This document shows positions 8,434 to 15,571 of a stretch of DNA of 40,707 nucleotides, piece by piece; the stretch's first letter is position 1; each line of letters begins with the position of its first letter. Below the pieces are notes generated by a model that worked only from the letters and a program-made list of their open reading frames with translations, ran no database searches and was not told the DNA's origin. Both the position numbers and the translations under genes were made by a program. Source of the stretch: an uncultured Candidatus Saccharibacteria bacterium (GTDB taxonomy: Bacteria; Patescibacteriota; Minisyncoccia; UBA6257; WO2-44-18). Where the stretch lies: positions 1 through 40,707 of the forward strand of contig CAYHZT010000002.1 in NCBI GenBank assembly GCA_964361325.1, written 5' to 3'.

Positions 8434-9780
8434 CTATCTATTCAGACACGACAAAATAGCGTCCACAAGCCTTTTACTGGACTTTCCATCTAATTTCCCG
8501 CAATAATTGTTAACGATATTTTTTCTTCCCTCTTCGTCTAGTTTGGGATTGGCAATATATTGACGGGTATAGTCAACGAGTTGGTTGAGATTCTCCGCTA
8601 ATCTCACTCCACCGGTTTCGCGGACTCTCTTTAAATACTCCATATCGTGAAACCGGCGCAAACTTTCATAATAAGGCTTAGACACTACATCAAAGCCGAT
8701 AAATATGGATGGCTTGTTAAAAACCGCCGCATCGATTGTCAGCGTGGAGATGTGGGATATCACCACGTCGCTGTGATACAACAAATCCGCCAAATACGCG
8801 TCCTTGTCCGTGACCGTTATGTCGGCATGAACAGGATCTCTAACTTTATCCGGAGCGTCTATTAAAATCTTATTGGGAATTGATTGGAGATCGCCTATGT
8901 TTGATTTTCCCATCATATGTAAACGCACCACTACTTGCAGATTTAGCGGTTCCAGCGCCTTTACGATCGCGGGAGCTATTGGGTCATAAGTGTAAGTCCT
9001 GATAGGAGGTGAAATTAGGACCATTTTCTTATTAGGGTCGAGGTTAAGTTTTTTGAATAATTCAGCTCGCGACGTACGCTGCTCGGTAACATAACGATCG
9101 TAGTGGGGAACCCCTACAACATAAATATCGTCGGGTTTTATGTCGCAATATTCTATTGCTTCATTCTTAATTACCGGGCTGTTAACCACTGTTTTGTCGG
9201 GAATAATCCGATTAAGCCCCTTACTATTAACGTTGTCCCACGATCGCACCATACCCAACACGAACACTCTGCGGGACCGCGCCTCTCTCATTAAATAAAT
9301 ATCCTGGTCACGAAATATGTCAGTTGAGAAAACGAGGTCCGGTTTGTATTTCTCAAAATATTCTTTGTAGAGGTTTTTTGGCTCAAACGTATAATCCAGC
9401 CATCGCACTAATTGCCTAAACGCTTTTAAATGCCCCAGTTTTGACAACAGCCACAAAAGGGCGGCGTGCACATATTTGCCCCTCCTCCAAAAGGTAGCCA
9501 ATTCCATGCGCCAGCAATGGACGTCGGACGAAAATGCAAATACTGTACCAAACAGCCTATCAAGTTTCGAATCTCCTCGCATACCGCCAATACCTTCCAC
9601 GATAATTTTATCGGACGGAAAGAGCTTTTTGTATAATTCTTTCTTTTCAGCGGGAAGGAAAATAACAATCCGTAAATTCGGTTCCTGATGGAAAATATCC
9701 AGCATACCCGACGACAAAAGATTGCGGCCGATAAAACCGTAAAAAGAAGTTATAAATATTGTTTTTTGTTGAGTTGGCAT
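8434..9780 (-). CDS. TagB/TagF-like (CDP-glycerol glycerophosphotransferase family) GT-B transferase
   Basis: Paralog of the partial gene at 1..1174. C-terminal LADLLYHSDVVISHISTLTIDAAVFNKPSIFIGFD. The track start (GTG at 9801) overlaps the flippase stop. The ATG at 9780 (MPTQQKTIFITSF) aligns with the paralog's start MRTVFITSF. Confidence 0.6.
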   Translation of the reverse strand: MPTQQKTIFITSFYGFIGRNLLSSGMLDIFHQEPNLRIVIFLPAEKKELYKKLFPSDKIIVEGIGGMRGDSKLDRLFGTVFAFSSDVHCWRMELATFWRRGKYVHAALLWLLSKLGHLKAFRQLVRWLDYTFEPKNLYKEYFEKYKPDLVFSTDIFRDQDIYLMREARSRRVFVLGMVRSWDNVNSKGLNRIIPDKTVVNSPVIKNEAIEYCDIKPDDIYVVGVPHYDRYVTEQRTSRAELFKKLNLDPNKKMVLISPPIRTYTYDPIAPAIVKALEPLNLQVVVRLHMMGKSNIGDLQSIPNKILIDAPDKVRDPVHADITVTDKDAYLADLLYHSDVVISHISTLTIDAAVFNKPSIFIGFDVVSKPYYESLRRFHDMEYLKRVRETGGVRLAENLNQLVDYTRQYIANPKLDEEGRKNIVNNYCGKLDGKSSKRLVDAILSCLNR

Positions 9781-9797
9781 AATTTTTTGAAAAAGTG

Positions 9798-11195
9798 TCA
9801 CGCGCGACCGCGGCCGAACTTTAATAAATTTAGAAAATGGGAGAATACTCTTGCAAGGAAATTTTTATCGAAATGGTCAAATTTTAAAAAATCTCTAACT
9901 TTTAGTTTAAACGAAGGATATTTTTTAACTAACCGAGTATAGAGAAACCAAAAACGCTCCACGTACCGTATCGTGTACACTAATCCTATTCCAGTCGCTC
10001 CAATTAGCGGCATAAAAATAGCCGAACCCGCAAAAAGAATTACCAGTTCGGGAAAAAGCCGTTTTGCCAGAATGCCATATTCTCGCAAAGCCCCCAAAGT
10101 TTTAAACACTACTTTCACCGCTCCGTAAATTGGAAGAACGACGGCCATAGCCAAAAATATCGGAATTGCGGGATAGTATTTCGGGAAAATAATCAGAATT
10201 GCTGGCGACACAACCAGAAAAGCCCCGACCAAAAATAGGCTGCCTATCCAAATAGTGTACTTAACCACTTTTTTAAAAATAAAACTTAATCCCCCTAAAT
10301 CATCGGCCTTTAGCGCTAAAATCGGCACGAGGGCAGTCATCGGTATAAGATCTTGAGCCAAATTAATAATTGTGTTGGCAAATGAATAAAAAGCGACGCC
10401 CTCCGTACCTACGAAAAATTTTACCAGCCACGGCGTAGCGTCATTTAACACTTCCTTTGAACTAAAAATCAATAAGACTCGAGGGCCTTGGGTTTTTACC
10501 ATTTTTATCATTAAATTTTCCGCGTGGGCCTTAATATTTCCAAATACCTTGGGATAGATTTTAACAAGCACTATTATAGTGAATATTAATGTGGCGACGG
10601 CTTCTGATAGAACATGGGCCATAATCACGTTTAAAATAGTGAGTTCGCCGGACCAGGTCAAAAATGACAACATGATGCCTAATTTCAAAAATTCCCCCAA
10701 CGCCGAAAGACCTCTTTGTGCGAAAGAAACTATTGAATCCAAAAATATCGACATAAGCGATTGGACAGCGTTGATTATAAGCAGGATACTGGCCCATCTA
10801 ATCAGCGGGATAATGTCCTTACCATAAAGATTGGCGATCAGATGAGCGCTTAAAAACACTACTACCGTCACGATAATACCTATACCTAATTTAAAAACGA
10901 CATTTTCCAGAAATAGTCTCTTCGCAAAATCCCGTTTGCCGACATTGAAGTAACGACGCATATCAATCGCCACTAAGCCATCAAAAAATTTCACGCTGAA
11001 ACCGCGTAAAATTGAAACAAACGACAAGATTAATTGGTAAAAACCGAAGCTGAAGATACTCAAAGCGCTGATAATCAGATAGGAATTAGCAAAAGTAAAA
11101 AGTTTGTCGAGGCCATCAAAAACACGCTTGCCAACTTCAGCCCTGACAACGTAATCAACAAGAGATTTTTTCTGATCTTTCGGGTCTAATATCAT
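9798..11195 (-). CDS. polysaccharide flippase-like multi-pass membrane protein (Wzx/MOP-type)
   Basis: 465 aa, almost entirely hydrophobic helices (12 or more by eye). It sits between neuA and a transferase. Its start overlaps the neuA stop (TGATG). Confidence 0.7.
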   Translation of the reverse strand: MILDPKDQKKSLVDYVVRAEVGKRVFDGLDKLFTFANSYLIISALSIFSFGFYQLILSFVSILRGFSVKFFDGLVAIDMRRYFNVGKRDFAKRLFLENVVFKLGIGIIVTVVVFLSAHLIANLYGKDIIPLIRWASILLIINAVQSLMSIFLDSIVSFAQRGLSALGEFLKLGIMLSFLTWSGELTILNVIMAHVLSEAVATLIFTIIVLVKIYPKVFGNIKAHAENLMIKMVKTQGPRVLLIFSSKEVLNDATPWLVKFFVGTEGVAFYSFANTIINLAQDLIPMTALVPILALKADDLGGLSFIFKKVVKYTIWIGSLFLVGAFLVVSPAILIIFPKYYPAIPIFLAMAVVLPIYGAVKVVFKTLGALREYGILAKRLFPELVILFAGSAIFMPLIGATGIGLVYTIRYVERFWFLYTRLVKKYPSFKLKVRDFLKFDHFDKNFLARVFSHFLNLLKFGRGRA

Positions 11196-11938
11196 CAGAT
11201 TTCTTTCTGCTCTTTTAACAACTGCTCCATTTTTACCAAATCTTTCGGCTCATCAATATCAACAACTATCGAAGGATTGATAATAACGCCACCTATAGGA
11301 CCGGCAAAAACTGCCTTAGTGCCACGCTTTATATTTTTAGTCCAAGTCACATCCACCGCTCCGTTGGCCCAGTAAACTTTAGGTAATTTTTGCCGGGGAA
11401 CGTCATTACCCCATTTCTTAAAATGAGCCGCGGGAACAAAATCCGGTAAAAGCGCCATCAATTCGGCAGTCTTCCCTTTCATTGTCCATGTACGATACGG
11501 ATGAGCGGGTGCCTGCGAAACCGTCCTAACCAAACTATACGAACTATTTTTAGTAAATTTAATAACTTTATCGATAAGATCGCCGGGGCGAAAAGGCGAC
11601 GTAGGGCGTAAAATAACGACGAGTTCCGGCCGCCAGCCGCGATGTTTTTCCAACCAATTTAGCGCGTGTTGTTGATATTCAACTTCCGCGGAGAATTTTC
11701 GAGCAGTGTGTTTTGGACGCAAGAACGGCACGTCAGCGCCGCATTGTTTCGCTATTTCAGCAATTTTCGGACTATCGGTAGAAACAATAAAGGCGTCTAG
11801 AAGCTTTGATTTTTTCGCCGCGCGGATTGTGTAATCAATAAGTGGTTTTCCGGCAACATTGGCAATGTTTTTTAATTTAATACTGGTTGACCCGCCGCGA
11901 GCCGGTATAATGCCGAGAACTTTTATATCCTTTTTCAT
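11195..11938 (-). CDS. neuA: acylneuraminate cytidylyltransferase (CMP-nonulosonate synthetase)
   Basis: VLGIIPARGGSTSIKLKNIANVAGKPLIDYTIRAA...IVSTDS and ILRPTSPFR match the CTP_transf_3 / NeuA signature. Confidence 0.85.
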   Translation of the reverse strand: MKKDIKVLGIIPARGGSTSIKLKNIANVAGKPLIDYTIRAAKKSKLLDAFIVSTDSPKIAEIAKQCGADVPFLRPKHTARKFSAEVEYQQHALNWLEKHRGWRPELVVILRPTSPFRPGDLIDKVIKFTKNSSYSLVRTVSQAPAHPYRTWTMKGKTAELMALLPDFVPAAHFKKWGNDVPRQKLPKVYWANGAVDVTWTKNIKRGTKAVFAGPIGGVIINPSIVVDIDEPKDLVKMEQLLKEQKEI

Positions 11939-11954
11939 ATGGTATGTACTATAA

Positions 11955-13019
11955 CTATTTTAACGCCCCCACGAGTTTCTCTATAAGCGTGTTGAGGTCG
12001 TGGCGGCCCAAAACGTATTCTCGCAAACGCGCTCCCATTTGTTGCTTTTCTTGATTTGACATAGCCAAAGCGACGCCAAGTGCCCGGGCTAAATCTTTCG
12101 CGTCCTTTTCTTGAAACCGCAGCGGTTCGGGCAAAATATCGGCAACGGCCTTGTTAGACGCAACTACCAACATCTCGCAGGCCATCGCTTCTATAATTGT
12201 TTTATCAAATGAGCCAGTTGGTGTCATATTGACGCAAATTTCATGGCTATTATAAAGTTCCGACGCTTTATGATTAGGTACCGCGTTTCGGAAAACTATT
12301 TTGCCTTTTTTAACGAGCGGTTCGGCGCGCGTTTTTAAAGAGGCGGCGTAAGCAACTTCGCTGTCCTTGCTCGGTTCGCCGGCAATAGTTAGCCTAAAAT
12401 CAACGACTTGAGTATCCAGCATTAATGCGGCATCAATAAGCACTTCAATAAATTTAATCGGGGAAAGTCGGCCAAGATACAAGATTGACTTGGGAAGTTT
12501 TTGAATCGCCGGCAATTTGCGAAAAAGGTTGGCGTCAATGCCAACCGGCATTTGTTTCGCTTTTTTGAAACGAGCGGCGAACGCGAAAGGAGAAGTGTGT
12601 AAAACCTTATCGGCAAGCGCGATGGCAACGCGCGCTCGCAAACCGCCCATCGGGTGGTTATACCAGAAAAATATTTTTTTACCGAGTAGCTTCCATAATT
12701 TTGCCCCCAAAATCATATATTCCGGATTCATATGCACCAACACCCTATCGTAATCTTTTCTAAGACGCCAAATGTACTTTAAAAAATTAATTGCGTAAAT
12801 TAATTTTTTAATAATTTTCAATTTCCAATTTCGAATTTCTAATTTTTCTTTTCCTAGAGAATAGACACGGACATTGTCGGGTAATTCCACCCTGCCGCGA
12901 TAAAGACAAATTACCGAGATTTTCTCAACGCGTTTTGCCAGTTCCTCAATCCACCGATGATACACGCCGAGGATGTCATCATCTTTATCTATTTTTTGGG
13001 TAATGAATAGTAAACGCAT
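11955..13019 (-). CDS. GT4-family (GT-B) glycosyltransferase
   Basis: 354 aa. C-terminal GSFDKTIIEAMACEMLVVASN (E-x7-E type motif). Contains an in-frame heptamer tract. Confidence 0.8.
   Translation of the reverse strand: MRLLFITQKIDKDDDILGVYHRWIEELAKRVEKISVICLYRGRVELPDNVRVYSLGKEKLEIRNWKLKIIKKLIYAINFLKYIWRLRKDYDRVLVHMNPEYMILGAKLWKLLGKKIFFWYNHPMGGLRARVAIALADKVLHTSPFAFAARFKKAKQMPVGIDANLFRKLPAIQKLPKSILYLGRLSPIKFIEVLIDAALMLDTQVVDFRLTIAGEPSKDSEVAYAASLKTRAEPLVKKGKIVFRNAVPNHKASELYNSHEICVNMTPTGSFDKTIIEAMACEMLVVASNKAVADILPEPLRFQEKDAKDLARALGVALAMSNQEKQQMGARLREYVLGRHDLNTLIEKLVGALK
12815..12842. repeat. degenerate heptanucleotide tract (TTTTCAA TTTCCAA TTTCGAA TTTCTAA) inside a GT4 gene
   Basis: Read directly. 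Encodes KLEIRNWKLKI in frame. Confidence 0.85.
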
Positions 13020-13028
13020 CTAGAGATT

Positions 13029-13739
13029 TTATTGTTTATGCGGCTGTTCTAATTTTTTTAAAACATAATAAACCCAAGTTCCAAACCATTTATTTTCGGG
13101 GAGACACCTGCTAATTCTATGTAGCCCTGGCAAAGCAATAGCGGCATGCGCATACCCCTCTTCCTTTAAGTCAAAATATCGTAAAAAAGTTTTTTCAAAA
13201 ATACCGTGAGGGAAAACACTAATATGATTATTTGTTTCGTTCCACTTTGGGAAAAGACCGCGTTTTAAGAACACTAACCGGGAAACTATATGAAAAACGT
13301 TAGGCATAGAAACGAATAGTTGGCCGCCCGGTTTTAGTATTCGCCATATTTCACGCATGGCGTGATGAGGGTTTTCAAGATGCTCAAACACTTCCCATGC
13401 CGTTACGGCATCGAAACTCCCGCTTTTCCAGGGAAAGTTTTCTGAATTTCCATCAAATACCCGAAAATCATTTAAAACTGACCGTATATCACCTGCCATA
13501 AAATTACCAATATCGCAGCCATAAAGTTGTGTATATCCAATTGAGCTTAATTCCTTTAGAAACCCCCCGGACCCCGTTCCGAAATCTAAAATTTTTGAAT
13601 CTTTGTTTTTAAGACTACGACAAAATATATCCACGCACTTTCCTTTCAGGGGCAATGGCCTAACGCTGGCTTGCGCGGCAAATCCCTTTTTTATTGCGTT
13701 TGTTTTCGTCTTCATTTCTTCGGGTGTGTAATACTCCAT
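13029..13739 (-). CDS. class I SAM-dependent methyltransferase (paralog set A)
   Basis: 236 aa. Motifs ILDFGTGSGGF, FDAVTAWEVFEHLENP and NNHISVFP. N-terminus is MEYYTPEEMK. Confidence 0.85.
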   Translation of the reverse strand: MEYYTPEEMKTKTNAIKKGFAAQASVRPLPLKGKCVDIFCRSLKNKDSKILDFGTGSGGFLKELSSIGYTQLYGCDIGNFMAGDIRSVLNDFRVFDGNSENFPWKSGSFDAVTAWEVFEHLENPHHAMREIWRILKPGGQLFVSMPNVFHIVSRLVFLKRGLFPKWNETNNHISVFPHGIFEKTFLRYFDLKEEGYAHAAIALPGLHRISRCLPENKWFGTWVYYVLKKLEQPHKQ

Positions 13740-13790
13740 TTTTGAGATACTAACAATAAAAATAATTAACTACAATAATAATCTGCGTTT

Positions 13791-14927
13791 CTATTGCCAT
13801 GAGATTTTAATTCTATCCAAGTACTCCTGTTTGGTAGGCCAACTCTGGAAAAATTTTTCCTGTGTATTTATAACTTTTGCGCGCTGATCGGGGTTTTTTA
13901 TCATCTCCGCTATCGTATATGATAGCGCCTTACGATCTCCCACCGGTACGGTCTTCCCAATAGCCACGCCGACATCGGTCATAATTACGGGCAAGCCGGC
14001 GGTCGCCGCCTCAACCACTCCCATCCCATAACCCTCATAATTGGAAGTACTCAAAAATAAATCGGCCGTCTTATAATAAGAAATCAAATCGTCGGTCCAG
14101 CTCTCAATTCTAATACTATCCCCTAATTCATAATTCTTGATTCTTGATTCAAGATTTTCACGCTCCGGCCCATTCCCCACTATAAGCAATAAAGGGGCCA
14201 TGATTCCCGACCCCTGATTCTTAATTCTGGCGAAAGCCCCTATAGCCAAGTCAATGTTTTTCTCCTTCGTCAATCGTGAAGCCATCAAAATTATAAAATC
14301 GTGGTTGGGATATTTTTTATGTAAGTCATTTCTAACGGGTGCGTTTCGTATTTTTTCCACATCAACAAAAATCGGCAAAACAGTAATCCGTGATTCTTTA
14401 TTCTTTATTCTTGATTCGAGCGATTCTTTTATCCGCTCGGAAACGACGCGAAGACAATCGGCCTTTTTGATGAGCCGTTTTGCCAGCAGAACGCGAAGTT
14501 TGTTTTTCAATGATTCGCGCCAAAAATATGGACTTAAAAAATCGGTGTGGATTTGTATTTGGAGGGGGATTTTAAATTTTTTCTTAAGCCAATAACCGAC
14601 TAGGCCAGTTTCAAATGGATCCTGGGTAGTTATAATACAATTCTCAATTTTCAATTTTAAATTTTCGATTATGGATTTACAAATTTTATAGGCATCAAAA
14701 AAATAAAGTGGCTTAAATTTTGTGTTTGTCGGATAAGCAAAAACATTTTTGGCAATTTGTAATTTGGCGCTTGTTTGAAAATTGGAAATTGGAAATTGGA
14801 AATTTCGTCTTGTAAAGACAACTATATGCAGTTCATCAACAAGACTGCTATATTCCGCCATTCTCTGGCGCACTGCCGAGTTTTCTTCAAAAATCTTTCC
14901 GTCAACGGAAAGCATTAATACCTTCAT
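13791..14927 (-). CDS. GT4-family glycosyltransferase
   Basis: 378 aa. Motifs YEGYGMGVVEAATAGLPVIMTDVG and IVGNGPERENLE. Carries four separate heptamer tracts. Confidence 0.8.
   Translation of the reverse strand: MKVLMLSVDGKIFEENSAVRQRMAEYSSLVDELHIVVFTRRNFQFPISNFQTSAKLQIAKNVFAYPTNTKFKPLYFFDAYKICKSIIENLKLKIENCIITTQDPFETGLVGYWLKKKFKIPLQIQIHTDFLSPYFWRESLKNKLRVLLAKRLIKKADCLRVVSERIKESLESRIKNKESRITVLPIFVDVEKIRNAPVRNDLHKKYPNHDFIILMASRLTKEKNIDLAIGAFARIKNQGSGIMAPLLLIVGNGPERENLESRIKNYELGDSIRIESWTDDLISYYKTADLFLSTSNYEGYGMGVVEAATAGLPVIMTDVGVAIGKTVPVGDRKALSYTIAEMIKNPDQRAKVINTQEKFFQSWPTKQEYLDRIKISWQ
14124..14151. repeat. heptamer tract TAATTCA TAATTCT TGATTCT TGATTCA
   Basis: Read directly. Encodes ESRIKNYELG. 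Homologous position and sequence to 15949-15976. Confidence 0.85.
14391..14418. repeat. heptamer tract TGATTCT TTATTCT TTATTCT TGATTCG
   Basis: Read directly. Encodes ESRIKNKESRI. Confidence 0.85.
14641..14668. repeat. heptamer tract TTCTCAA TTTTCAA TTTTAAA TTTTCGA
   Basis: Read directly. Encodes IENLKLKIEN. Confidence 0.85.
14779..14804. repeat. perfect (AAATTGG)x3 plus partial unit; reverse complement of the TTTCCAA unit
   Basis: 14779-14799 is three exact units. Encodes FQFPISNFQ, which is the opposite-orientation reading of the 16111-16138 tract. Confidence 0.9.
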
Positions 14928-15571
14928 TGTCGTTTTTCCAGCACAAAAAAATAATGGTAAGGATTTAAAACCGGGCTTAATTCCTTAACAATCCTAAAAT
15001 TGTCGCTCAAGATTTTCCGCACTTTCCGTAATGAGTATTTAGAAGCGTCTATTTCCCAGTAATGCTGGCCGGAGACTTTAATACCGCCAAACTTCATGGG
15101 CAAGCGCAATAAAACGCTAAGAAATGGCTTTTTAAACAAAGTACGAACGCCCGGAAAGCGAAAAACAAATTCAAAAAACGTAGATTTATAAGGCACGGAG
15201 ATAATGACGTGGCGTGAAGCAACTCTTTGAAACTCCAAAAGGGCTTTGGGGAAATCTTCAAATGGTATGTGCTCCAAAACCTCAAAAGCGGTTACCACGT
15301 CAAAACTATTATTCTTAAGCGGCAAAGAACGGACATCGGCCACGACATCCGGAGCGAGATTTTTATCAAAATCGCAAGTGGTTACGTTGTATCCAAGCTT
15401 CTTAAGATAATCAGAAAAAAAACCGTTGCCCTTTCCCACTTCCAAAATCTTGAAATTGGCATCGTTAGCTCGCGCAACTTCTTGCGTCAAATCAGCCTGA
15501 TAGAAATACGAAATAAAGCGGTTTAGGCTGTCGTAATCCTTCTGAAAGTAATGCTCTTTATTAACCTGCAT
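14924..15571 (-). CDS. class I SAM-dependent methyltransferase (distinct from paralog set A)
   Basis: 215 aa. Motifs ILEVGKGNGFFSDYL and FDVVTAFEVLEHIP. 4-nt overlap with the downstream GT and 1-nt overlap with the upstream GT. Confidence 0.8.
   Translation of the reverse strand: MQVNKEHYFQKDYDSLNRFISYFYQADLTQEVARANDANFKILEVGKGNGFFSDYLKKLGYNVTTCDFDKNLAPDVVADVRSLPLKNNSFDVVTAFEVLEHIPFEDFPKALLEFQRVASRHVIISVPYKSTFFEFVFRFPGVRTLFKKPFLSVLLRLPMKFGGIKVSGQHYWEIDASKYSLRKVRKILSDNFRIVKELSPVLNPYHYFFVLEKRQ

Noticed and set aside
9798-9905. The flippase C-terminal tail (FLNLLKFGRGRA, an AT-rich stretch plus the imperfect palindrome CGGCCGCGGTCG) as another absorbed repeat element
   Set aside because: It resembles the AT-heptamer plus GC-palindrome composites, but I could not see clear 7-nt periodicity and the palindrome is short and imperfect. 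The evidence is insufficient to call it.
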